Positions 11,120 to 20,718 of a stretch of 47,332 nucleotides of DNA are shown in pieces. The stretch is from Barthelona sp. PAP020 (Eukaryota). The number at the start of each line of letters is the position of its first letter. Within the stretch, counting starts at the first letter, position 1. The stretch is from positions 1 to 47,332 of the forward strand of contig JARQWU010000054.1 of assembly GCA_040182905.1 (NCBI GenBank), read 5' to 3'. The notes below the pieces were generated by a model, which saw only the letters and a program-made list of their open reading frames with translations, had not been told where the DNA came from and ran no database searches. The position numbers were made by a program, and so were the translations under genes.

Positions 11120-12349
11120 TTAGTTTTGTTGACCATCATCACTTTCTTCATGTGGTTCATTCATAAACGAATACATATTACCACCATTGGCTTCGTTTAA
11201 GTCAACCAACTCCCAGCATGTATCAACAATCATGTTATATTCCTCTTCATTCATACAAATACCTGCAGATACCAATTTTCTAACAATTGCCATGTCCATA
11301 TTCATGGCAATAAGTTTAGACAACACATAACCCCTGTCTTTTGACAATTCAATGAGTTGCGGTTGAATTGAAGAATCATAACAACGAGTTATTGCAAAGA
11401 ATCTGATGGTATTATTTGCGCATCTTCCACACGCTAGTTGTATCTTATCAGGTGATATATTAAAAGAAAACCAATGAGTATCACAACCACAATAAACCTT
11501 TTGAATTTGTTGAAAACTATTAATATTGAATGAATGAATATAGCCATCACCAGACATTATAAGTAAAATGTCATGCGACAAAAAATGAATGGAAAATACA
11601 TATCCTTCCACCACAAATGTATGCAAAAGTGATCCAATGTCCATATTGTAAAGGTGCACTTTTTTTCGATCACAAACAGCAACGATTCTTTGAGTTGGAT
11701 GGAATTCTATGGCTTTAACATAATCATCCTGATTGAACGTACGAATAACAGAGAAATCATCAGAGTTAATCAATTTTGCAGTATTGTCCCAACTGCAGGT
11801 TAAAAGATTTTGAAAATCAGGTGAAAGTTGTACTTTCCAAATAACATGAACATGGACTCTACTTTCTAAGATAACTTCGCCATTATATACATTCCATTTC
11901 TTAAGACGTCCATCACCATCAGCTGCAACAATATAATTGGAACATTGGGAAAAACAAATGGAATATACATGAATATCTGTTTCCTCTGTATCACCGTTGC
12001 ACAACCCATTCAAAATGGAGAAATCCGGAAGTTTATAAATGATAATGAAATTATCTTCAGAACAAGTGGCCAACATTTGGCCATTTGGTGAAAATGCAAT
12101 ACCAAAAACCTGTCTTGAATGATTTGTCAAAGAACGTTGCAATTCTTTGGTTTCGGCATCGATCACATGAACACTACCATCACTACCACCAGTAATCACT
12201 AATTGTCTATCATCAATTGAATATTTACAATCATACACCCATTCATTAAGCACATTTCTAATTTCCTTCATGCTGCTTTCATCAATTCTCAAAGGAAGCA
12301 TATCATAAATAGTTTTCTCCCATAGTTCATCGTTTGATTCCACAGACAT
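11120..12349 (-). CDS. WD40 beta-propeller protein with conserved C-terminal helical tail (paralogue A)
   Basis: About 7 WD repeats ('HSRQVFGIAFSPNGQMLATCSEDN', 'LLTCSWDNTAKL'). ATG at 12349 aligns with the start of paralogue B. Confidence 0.92.
   Translation of the reverse strand: MSVESNDELWEKTIYDMLPLRIDESSMKEIRNVLNEWVYDCKYSIDDRQLVITGGSDGSVHVIDAETKELQRSLTNHSRQVFGIAFSPNGQMLATCSEDNFIIIYKLPDFSILNGLCNGDTEETDIHVYSICFSQCSNYIVAADGDGRLKKWNVYNGEVILESRVHVHVIWKVQLSPDFQNLLTCSWDNTAKLINSDDFSVIRTFNQDDYVKAIEFHPTQRIVAVCDRKKVHLYNMDIGSLLHTFVVEGYVFSIHFLSHDILLIMSGDGYIHSFNINSFQQIQKVYCGCDTHWFSFNISPDKIQLACGRCANNTIRFFAITRCYDSSIQPQLIELSKDRGYVLSKLIAMNMDMAIVRKLVSAGICMNEEEYNMIVDTCWELVDLNEANGGNMYSFMNEPHEESDDGQQN
11134..11460 (-). 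repeat. 327-bp inverted repeat, copy 1 (3' end of WD40 paralogue A)
   Basis: The reverse complement aligns without gaps to 19801-20127 with 4 mismatches (manual alignment). Confidence 0.97.
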
Positions 12350-13175
12350 ATGCAAATTATAAATAAAAATAGAAATATGTCAAATGATTGCAATTAAGAG
12401 GTTTTAGATCTTTTCACCAAAGTTCCTTCATTTTAAAGAGTTCAAATGCTAAAAAATGGCTAATTTGAAGTTTTTGCAAGAAATTTGCTGTAAAACATTT
12501 TGTTATTTTATGAAAAAGGACAAACAACAAATGAATAACTCCAAAAAATCTATTGTTTATGAAATACCAATTCAAATTTTATTTTCAAACAGTGGGCAAA
12601 TGAACAATTTTTTAAAGGATCAAATCGAATTTAAACTTGATTTATTCGGCATAACAAGACCCCAAAACATAAATTGTTCAAACATTTGCCAGGTGGACAA
12701 TTCTTTGGCACTTGATTTCATTATTCATCATCACTTTCATCATTTCCTTCAAAAATTAATGCCTTGAAGTTCATTTTTGGTACACAAGGAATGTGTCATT
12801 TGTAAATTAGCATTTTTTCATTTTACAATTTGGGTTTTTGCAAATGGCTATATTTCTTCTTGTTGAAATGTACATTTTATTGTTAATATAAAAGTGGATA
12901 ATGTGTTTCATTTTGCAAATTTCAAATGAGTTCTTCAACAGAAATATCACAAAAAAAAGGTCAATATTTTACCAAATTCTTTTGAAAGACCACAAAATGA
13001 TCTGAATTAAAAGAACAAACAGTTCTTTTTACAAATTTTTAATGAGTTCAAAAGTTTTGTGTTGTTTCAAGTTTTAAATGTATCAAAATCAAAAATATGA
13101 GTTATTGAAGCATAAAGAAAAAAAAAACCATATGTAAATGATATGTGTTTGAGAATTTATCCCATGATGTCAGCT

Positions 13176-14630
13176 TTAATCTTGTTGATCTGTTAAGGGA
13201 TCAGGAGTTGGTCGATCATTTTCGTTTTCTGAAGCAGGACCAACAGCAACAGTTACTAATTGTTTCAAGTCATTATTTTCACTCGCTGAACTTTGAATTA
13301 TAATTGGAGTGGAAAGCAAAATGAAGAAACCACACACAAACAATCCAGCTGCATAAATCAATGCTGCTTGTCTGGAAAAAATCTTGGTAATAACTGAGAA
13401 CAAAAAAGTCCAAAATGAACTCAATCTGAAGAACAAACCCCAAAAACCAAAAATTTGCGTTACATGCTCTTTAGGAGCCATTAAACCAACTATTGTTCTT
13501 GAAGATGATTGAATAGAACCTATACCCATTCCAGCAAATAAAGAAATGATATAGAACAATATTTTTTTATCCACTGCCAAAAATTGAGAAAGATTGTCAA
13601 TAAAAGCTATGCTTAAAATAGCTACAGTCCACAATATAATGGTAGAAAGCACGATTCTCTTTGAACCAAACTTTTGTTCCAACCAACCAAACAACAAAGC
13701 TCCTCCTGCAGCACTAAATTGTAGAATTAAGAAGAATATTACAATTTCACCAGATGTTAATATATCATCAGCAAAAATACCGACAAACTTTACAACTACA
13801 TCTACACCTCCCATATAAAACAAAAATGCAACAAAAAATCTGAACAAACACCTGTTTTCTCTCACCAAAGTACCAGCTTTTTTTAAATCTTGAAATCCAG
13901 CTCTCAATAAGGTACCTATACTGGCATTTTCAAATCCAGGTTTGGCTGGTTGATGTGAACGGACAACCAATAAAGTAGGCAATGATGACAACATGAAAAA
14001 TACACCAATCGCAACACACGATATTCTTTGCTGCCATATATAATCTGAAAGTTGTGTCTGTTCATCAGCTGAAACAATAAACAAATTAACTAATAGAGCC
14101 AACAAACCACCCATATAACCAAAACCCCATCCAAGACCAGAAATAATGGATAAGTTGTTTTCATTTGCTAAATCAGGTAAAAAGGAAGAATTAAACACTT
14201 CCGATAGCAAAAAACCAGCATATGATAAAGCAATGCATAACACTGCCCAAAAAGCATTTCCAGGTTCTGCAAAATACAGCAAACAACAGAAAAAGCAGCA
14301 GAAAAATGTACTGACCGTCAAATACTTATGTTTTTCAGGTCTGTAATCACAAACAGCACCTACATATGGCGATAAAATTAAAGCAATAACATTTGCTAAA
14401 GTGGTACTAATTCCCCACCACAAATCACCAGAACCATCTGCATTTCCCACAATGTATTTAGAAAATATTGGTGCGTAAATTGCAGTAATAATAACAGTAA
14501 TATAACTGGAATTGGCAAAATCAAACATCATCCAACTAAATATTTCACATTTAGTTGTTTCATGAACATTCAAATCATTGATTTGACCTACTTTATCTAA
14601 AGTAGGTTCAACTTTTTCATTTTCATTCAT
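13176..14630 (-). CDS. MFS transporter, ATG22/UMF1 family, bacterial-like
   Basis: 'FSWMMFDFANSSYITVIIT', 'SPYVGAVCD', 'FNSSFLPDLA..ISGLGWGFGYMGG', 'QSSSRTIVGLMAP..IFGFWG', with about 12 TM segments. An alternative upstream ATG lies at 14666. Confidence 0.88.
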   Translation of the reverse strand: MNENEKVEPTLDKVGQINDLNVHETTKCEIFSWMMFDFANSSYITVIITAIYAPIFSKYIVGNADGSGDLWWGISTTLANVIALILSPYVGAVCDYRPEKHKYLTVSTFFCCFFCCLLYFAEPGNAFWAVLCIALSYAGFLLSEVFNSSFLPDLANENNLSIISGLGWGFGYMGGLLALLVNLFIVSADEQTQLSDYIWQQRISCVAIGVFFMLSSLPTLLVVRSHQPAKPGFENASIGTLLRAGFQDLKKAGTLVRENRCLFRFFVAFLFYMGGVDVVVKFVGIFADDILTSGEIVIFFLILQFSAAGGALLFGWLEQKFGSKRIVLSTIILWTVAILSIAFIDNLSQFLAVDKKILFYIISLFAGMGIGSIQSSSRTIVGLMAPKEHVTQIFGFWGLFFRLSSFWTFLFSVITKIFSRQAALIYAAGLFVCGFFILLSTPIIIQSSASENNDLKQLVTVAVGPASENENDRPTPDPLTDQQD

Positions 14631-14657
14631 ATTAATAAATAACAATAAAACAACCCT

Positions 14658-14667
14658 AGTTCGCATT
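14658..14667 (-). promoter_or_regulatory. Candidate upstream motif AATGCGAACT
   Basis: Identical to the 10-mer at 1013-1022. It lies about 28 bp upstream of the probable MFS ATG at 14630. Confidence 0.4.
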
Positions 14668-14970
14668 TAAAAATAGAACGCATATTTGTGAAAACTACCT
14701 TGGAAAAATATTTTTTTTATTAAACTAGGCTTTCTTTTCCTTTTATTATCAAAACTTTGAGAAATTCAATTTCAAGGAATGATTGTTTGTTTCCTCTTTC
14801 TTTTTTTTTTTTTTTTTGGAAAACACCTTTATTTTTATCATAAAATACAAAAAGCAATTCTTCACAATGAAAACTTTTGTTAAATGAAAAAGAAAACTAT
14901 TTATAGTCCAAAATGAAAAACCAAATTTTTTTTTTAATTGAATTATGGAATAATTTAATAAAAAGAAATT

Positions 14971-17964
14971 ATGAATGCGAATTTAACGACAAAAACAGAT
15001 TTATTTGATGAAAAAACTGACAATTTTGAAGGAATTAAAGAAACGGAAAATCCATTGACTAGACAATCAGAAAAATATGTAGAAAATAGTTTTCAAAAGT
15101 TATCACAACTTGAAAAAAGTATGGAGACCATCACTGTCCCAAAATTAATTCAAAATTATGATATTGATGTCAGTGGAAAAAGTATAACTGTTGGTACTTT
15201 AGATAAAAAAGTATTTGAACCATATAAAAATGCTATGATTGAGAAACGTAAAAGGGACCTTGAGAGAATTGAAACTAATCATCTTAATGATATAAATTTG
15301 CTCACAAAAGCACGAAATCGTTCTATTAAAGAAGCAAAAGACTTTCATGAACAATCTAGAGCAAATTATACTGAAATTTCTTCGAAGCAAATTAATATGT
15401 TAGAAGATAGAAGAAAAGAGGTTAAAACAATGTTTAATCATGGGTTAAAAATGTCTTTAAATGATTTGGAGACACGAAAACAAGCAATAAAAAAGTATGT
15501 GGGTAAACCAAATTTAGAAACAGAACCATTAAGATCTTCAATAGAAGTGTCAAAGAATGTTGAACAACATGTCCGAATTGAATTAGTTGCTCTTGGTGGG
15601 CTGAGAAATTTGTTACCAAAAGGGCAATATTCAGTTGTTGTTTCATATTTAACAAGAATAGGTGGAATTCCATTACCTTGGAAAAATCCCAAAAACAATT
15701 TGAACAAAAAGAGAACAAAGAAAAATTACTGTTGTGCTTCTTATGGGTTTCATCATGATGGCGATTCTAAAACTGTATTGACAGCTGTAAGTACAAAGCC
15801 AATGTTCATTGAATTACCGCCTTCTAAAAAAATATCTCCAGTTACCGTTTATTTGTTTGAATTGGTTTTATTAAGAGGTAGACAGAGTCCAACTGATATG
15901 ACTGTTGGTTGGGGAATATTACCTGCAACTTCAATTAGTCTTCAAGCCAATTATGGTAATTTTCGAATTCCTCTGTTGAAAGGCCCCGTAGATGGAAAAA
16001 TCACATTACATTCTCAATTTCGAGAGAGATTATGTGATATCAAGGCAGATTATTGGTTAGGAAATTTGTACGCTTCTTTGACCCCTTTTGTTGATAAAGA
16101 TAGTAAAATTCATGCTAAAATCAGCAAATATTTGAGTTTGAGATCAAAGATGTTTGGTATTGAGAATCGTTCTGTGGACGATCTGCTGGCGACACGTTTA
16201 GAATTTGCTGATGAAGATATGTTGTTTACTGCTAGACCAACGCTTCGTCAAGAAGCAAATTCAATAGAACAAAAGAAGAAAACACCAAAAAAAGAAAATG
16301 AAAAAAAAGAGCAAGAATTTGAAAAAGAGGAAATTAATGAGGAATTGATTGTATCACTAAGTGTTACCACAAATCCAAATCTTCCACCACCAGTTTTCGA
16401 TCATTTTGAAGAAGTGGAAAATATTTTCGAAGAAAAAGATGAAAATGTTTCTGAATTACTTGTTGATAGTGAAGAGAAAAGAAAATCATTAATAGATATG
16501 TCTGAACATGATATTTTAATGAGTGCTTTAGAAGATGCTATGAATGAGGATTCAAACAGTGGAAAAATTTCAATTCCAATTTTGGATTTAGAAAATTTGA
16601 AGGACAAAGAAAAAGATAAAGTTATTGAAGGTGAAGTTATTGTTGATGATAATGGAGAGGATGAGGGAGATACTTTGGATCTGTTAGGTGATTTTAATCC
16701 GAATGATTTTGTGATAGAAATTCCTCCTACTAAAGAAACTCTGCAAAAATCTATGAGCTATAAAATTAAATTAGTTTCTAGAACTGTTCTACAAGATTTT
16801 GGATTTGATAAGTTACTTTCATGGAGATTCTTATCGGCAATTTTGTTATTTTGTGCTACTTTTTTCATTCGTAATTATCTCCATGGATTCGCTCAACTTT
16901 TTCTTTTATCCAAGCATAAAATATCAGTTTATTCAGTAGATATTGCTTGGTTAAAATGTTTAATCAGTTATGAAAGTCTTCCTTTGCAAGCTTTTATTAT
17001 TATACAGATACTTATTGCTCCTTTCATTTTACAATTCATTTTATTCATTATTTTAGCAATATGTAGTGCCTTGCTACAAAGTACAACAAAGATAGTAATT
17101 CCTGAAGTTGTGAGTAACCTTTTTGCCATGGTTGGTATTCAATCATTCTTAGATCCATTATATCATTTTTTAACCACGAAAATCTATGGATTCAATGATG
17201 AATATCAAGATCTATTGAGATTACCACTTTGGTTCAATTATCATGAAAATTCACCAATATTTGGAATTTTAGTTGATGTTGTTTTCATATTACTTTCGTG
17301 TTCTCTCAGTATTATGTGTATCTATTATTATTTATTGTATGTGCATACTAATGGTAGAACATCTGATATTTATCATAGATTGACAGATCAAAATGGTTAT
17401 TTTTTTGGTCCTATTGATGTTGAAATCACACTGAGAGAATTCAGAGAAATAATGAGGAAAACATTAAATTATCGAGGGGTAAATAAAAAGAGTAATGCAC
17501 ATATTATTAGAACAATTGAAATTTCTACTTCTAATATTGAGAAAAAATCATCACATTCACAAGGCAAAAAAACTTCAGCAAACGAAAAAATAATACTGGA
17601 TTCAAATAACTCAATTCAAGATATTGATAATGTTATTAAAAATTTAATTGAAAGTGCAGATTTGTCTATTCCTATTCAAAATGTTCCAATCATCACAATC
17701 ACTGTATATAATGTACATTTTAAATATCAGAAGAAAAATGGCAGAACAATAAGGTCAAAACTATTTTCAAATGTCCACAGAAGTTTTAAACGTTTGCCTC
17801 ATGGTGCTATTACTGAAGATTTTGTGGGATTTCAGATTGATAAATATTTATCTCGTTCATCTAAGCTTACCAATGACATCTATATACCTGATTTACCTGT
17901 ATTACACAAAGAATTAGCTCCATTAGATTTGATGAAGTCTGTTGTATCTGAAAGCAAAATTTAA
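14971..17964 (+). CDS. OFCC1-like protein (coiled coil, C2-like region, acidic linker, multi-TM C-terminus)
   Basis: 'LGGLRNLLPKGQYSVVVSYLTRIGG..W', 'LFELVLLRG..PTD..VGWG..P..G.FRIPLLKG' and 'VHTNGRTSDIYHRL..FFGP.D.EI' recall OFCC1 homologues. Hydrophobic segments lie at about aa 620-790. Confidence 0.65.
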   Translation: MNANLTTKTDLFDEKTDNFEGIKETENPLTRQSEKYVENSFQKLSQLEKSMETITVPKLIQNYDIDVSGKSITVGTLDKKVFEPYKNAMIEKRKRDLERIETNHLNDINLLTKARNRSIKEAKDFHEQSRANYTEISSKQINMLEDRRKEVKTMFNHGLKMSLNDLETRKQAIKKYVGKPNLETEPLRSSIEVSKNVEQHVRIELVALGGLRNLLPKGQYSVVVSYLTRIGGIPLPWKNPKNNLNKKRTKKNYCCASYGFHHDGDSKTVLTAVSTKPMFIELPPSKKISPVTVYLFELVLLRGRQSPTDMTVGWGILPATSISLQANYGNFRIPLLKGPVDGKITLHSQFRERLCDIKADYWLGNLYASLTPFVDKDSKIHAKISKYLSLRSKMFGIENRSVDDLLATRLEFADEDMLFTARPTLRQEANSIEQKKKTPKKENEKKEQEFEKEEINEELIVSLSVTTNPNLPPPVFDHFEEVENIFEEKDENVSELLVDSEEKRKSLIDMSEHDILMSALEDAMNEDSNSGKISIPILDLENLKDKEKDKVIEGEVIVDDNGEDEGDTLDLLGDFNPNDFVIEIPPTKETLQKSMSYKIKLVSRTVLQDFGFDKLLSWRFLSAILLFCATFFIRNYLHGFAQLFLLSKHKISVYSVDIAWLKCLISYESLPLQAFIIIQILIAPFILQFILFIILAICSALLQSTTKIVIPEVVSNLFAMVGIQSFLDPLYHFLTTKIYGFNDEYQDLLRLPLWFNYHENSPIFGILVDVVFILLSCSLSIMCIYYYLLYVHTNGRTSDIYHRLTDQNGYFFGPIDVEITLREFREIMRKTLNYRGVNKKSNAHIIRTIEISTSNIEKKSSHSQGKKTSANEKIILDSNNSIQDIDNVIKNLIESADLSIPIQNVPIITITVYNVHFKYQKKNGRTIRSKLFSNVHRSFKRLPHGAITEDFVGFQIDKYLSRSSKLTNDIYIPDLPVLHKELAPLDLMKSVVSESKI

Positions 17965-18917
17965 GGTTCAATTTAAGAATTTTTTGTTTTTTTGTAAATA
18001 TAAAACATCTTTTTTCTTTAAATGTCTCAAAGTTTTCCAAATTTGAGATAAACCTGGTCAAACAACAAAAAAACTAAGAGCTTTATTTTCTTTAGATGAT
18101 TTCATCAGAAAAGAACTTCTCCAAATCACCTCAATTGATTAAATTATTGTTTTCAAGCCATTTTACAAACAAAATTTTGTGTCGAAGTCAGTGTAACATA
18201 AAATCAATTCAGGAATCATAATTTTTCGATTTCATTCCATGACAAAAACCTGTAAGTTGCTTTTTAGAAATTTTATCTTCTGAGAAATCTATTTGCAGAA
18301 AAAAATTAAGGGAGAAATCATGGTAAAAATCGGTAAAAAAGGTATGTTTTTGGTGAACGCAATTCTGCACACCAAATATCAGTGATTCTTTGAATAATTG
18401 TAATTAGGGTTTAAGTATTGTAATAGAAAACCAATGTAAAAATACAATAGTCAAAATTTCTAAAACACATCACATGAATCATTTAAAAAATTGGAATATT
18501 GGGGTCAACAACAACATGAATCAAAATTTATTGGTATAAAAGTCTCAAAACATAAATACATAAGCCAGTCCATTAAATATATAGTCCAAAATGGACAAAA
18601 AGGTGGATAATATTGGAATTGGAAAAATGGACAATGTCACCAAAAACAAAAATGAAAGAGAAAAAAAAACCCAAATTCACCAATAAAACAGCATTAATTT
18701 CCGAGATGAATGCTTCAACATGATAAAATAAAAAAAAAATCTTTCAGTCAATTCTTTGTCAACCAAAAAGAACCAAAATAAACATGATATGAACGGTTTC
18801 TACTTTATTCAATGTGCAAAGTTGGATCTTTCTATTGATGAATTGGAATAATTCTAAAAATTTCAAGTTTTAAACCTTCTTTTGACCATTTTTCAATATT
18901 TCACTGCTTTTTTTTAT

Positions 18918-20132
18918 ATGACTGAATTGTTACATGATGAATTGATTGGGGAAACTATTCAAAATATACTTGTTTCCAAAATTGATGAAAGTAGTGTGAG
19001 GATTGTAAAAGATGTGATTTCTAACAATGTACCGGATTGTCAATATTCACCAGATGGCCAACACTTAGTGGTTGCAAGTTCTTTAGAAACTCATGTCTTT
19101 GATGCATCAACTGGAAGATTAAATCTTACATTGGAAGATCATACATCTTGGGTTCATTGTGTTGAATTTTCACCAGATGGACAAAAGTTAGCAACAAGCT
19201 CCCGTGATAACTCTATTATTATATATAGCCTCAGAGATTTCTCAATCTTGAACAGATTGAGTAACAATACGTATGTTTGCGGAATTTGTTTTTCCCATTG
19301 TTGCAATTACATATATTCAGGTGATGGTGATGGTGTTCTTAAGAAGTGGGATTTAAATAATGGCACCGTTTTGGAAAAAAGAATTCATTTAAGTGACAGT
19401 CATTACTTCAACTTTATTTGGAAGGTAAAACTTTCATCTGATAGCAAACATCTTTTGACTGCAAATCGTGATGGTACTGCCAAGTTGGTTGACCTCGACA
19501 ATTTATCTGTTATTCGTACATTCAATCATGATAATGCTGTTTATGCTATAGAATCCCATCCAATCGAAAGAATTGTTGCTGTTGGTGATTGTTCGAACAA
19601 AGTTAAACTCTGGAACATGGATGATGGATCGCTAATTCATGAATTTGAAATGGGTGGTGAAATTTGGGCCCTCCATTTCTTAACTCCTGACATACTTTTT
19701 GTAATGTCAGGTGATGGTTATATTACCTCATACAATTTCTATAGCTTTCAGGAGATTCAAAAGGTTTGTTGTGATTGCACAAGAGCCAATTTTTGCTTTG
19801 ATATATCACCTGATAAGACACAACTAGCGTGTGGAAGATGCGCAAATAATACCATCAGATTCTTTGCAATAACTCGTTGTTATGATTCTTCAATTCAACC
19901 GCAACTCATTGAATTGTCAAAAGACAGGGGTTATGTGTTGTCTAAACTTATTGCCATGAATATGGACATGGCAATTGTTAGAAAATTGGTATCTGCAGGT
20001 ATTTGTATGAATGAAGAGGAATATAACATGATTGTTGATACATGCTGGGATTTGGTTGACTTTAACGAAGCCAATGGTGGTAATATGTATTCGTTTATGA
20101 ATGAACCACGTGAAGAAAGTGATGATGATTGA
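18918..20132 (+). CDS. WD40 beta-propeller protein with conserved C-terminal helical tail (paralogue B)
   Basis: WD repeats ('HTSWVHCVEFSPDGQKLATSSRDN', 'VKLWNMDDG'). First ATG at 18918 (track starts at TTG 18882). Colinear with paralogue A. Confidence 0.92.
   Translation: MTELLHDELIGETIQNILVSKIDESSVRIVKDVISNNVPDCQYSPDGQHLVVASSLETHVFDASTGRLNLTLEDHTSWVHCVEFSPDGQKLATSSRDNSIIIYSLRDFSILNRLSNNTYVCGICFSHCCNYIYSGDGDGVLKKWDLNNGTVLEKRIHLSDSHYFNFIWKVKLSSDSKHLLTANRDGTAKLVDLDNLSVIRTFNHDNAVYAIESHPIERIVAVGDCSNKVKLWNMDDGSLIHEFEMGGEIWALHFLTPDILFVMSGDGYITSYNFYSFQEIQKVCCDCTRANFCFDISPDKTQLACGRCANNTIRFFAITRCYDSSIQPQLIELSKDRGYVLSKLIAMNMDMAIVRKLVSAGICMNEEEYNMIVDTCWDLVDFNEANGGNMYSFMNEPREESDDD
19801..20127 (+). repeat. 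327-bp inverted repeat, copy 2 (3' end of WD40 paralogue B)
   Basis: Matches the reverse complement of 11134-11460. Mismatches only at 19819, 20051, 20063 and 20110. Confidence 0.97.
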
Positions 20133-20718
20133 TAGTAAAATATAACAAATCAAACAATAATTATTTTTTTCGTTTAGCAGCAGACAAATTGATTGAGTTT
20201 TGTTTTTTGAATTGAATCCTTGTATTTCTTTTTTTTTTGTTTTGGTTTCAACGTTTTATTGAATCAATAGTAAAGTTAATCCCTAATTTTTGTTCTTTCA
20301 TATCAATTGTCTCTTTTTTGATCTTTGATCATTCTGCTTTTTGGTTATTGAATCAGTTTGATTGTTTGCCAGTCAGCCAATCAAAAATTTGATTTTTACT
20401 CAAATGGTTTTAAAATTTTTGGAGAAAAAAAATTTTGAGTGAAAAAGCATTATAAGCATTATAAGGAGTCAAAAATGTTTTATTATTTTCTCTTTCAATC
20501 AAAATTTCTTCAATAATCTGAAATTGAAACTTTATATCAGAAGATTTGGATTTCATAAAAATGTTCATTGATTTGTTTCTTTTTACAAATAATGAATCAA
20601 TGTGTACATAACAATTCAAAATGAAAAAAAAAAAAGTTTAATGCATAAAAAAAATATTTACATCAATTCTTTTTCAACAATCCAACAATTACAAAAACAT
20701 TCTAAATAGATTCCGATC

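Noticed and set aside
12456..12767. 103-aa ORF on the + strand
   Set aside because: No domain, and its composition (F/I/N/K/C-rich) is typical of translated AT-rich non-coding DNA. It cannot be supported.
14903..18593. 14-bp direct repeat TATAGTCCAAAATG (14903-14916 and 18580-18593) flanking the OFCC1-like gene
   Set aside because: A short AT-rich match, plausible by chance in 47 kb, with no other element features.
19801..20127. Diversity-generating retroelement TR/VR pair
   Set aside because: The four mismatches are not adenine-specific in either copy or strand, both copies are coding, and there is no reverse transcriptase in the window.
11134..20127. Transposon terminal inverted repeats
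   Set aside because: The repeats are coding 3' ends of paralogous genes. I saw no transposase or target-site duplication, and the enclosed genes are cellular.
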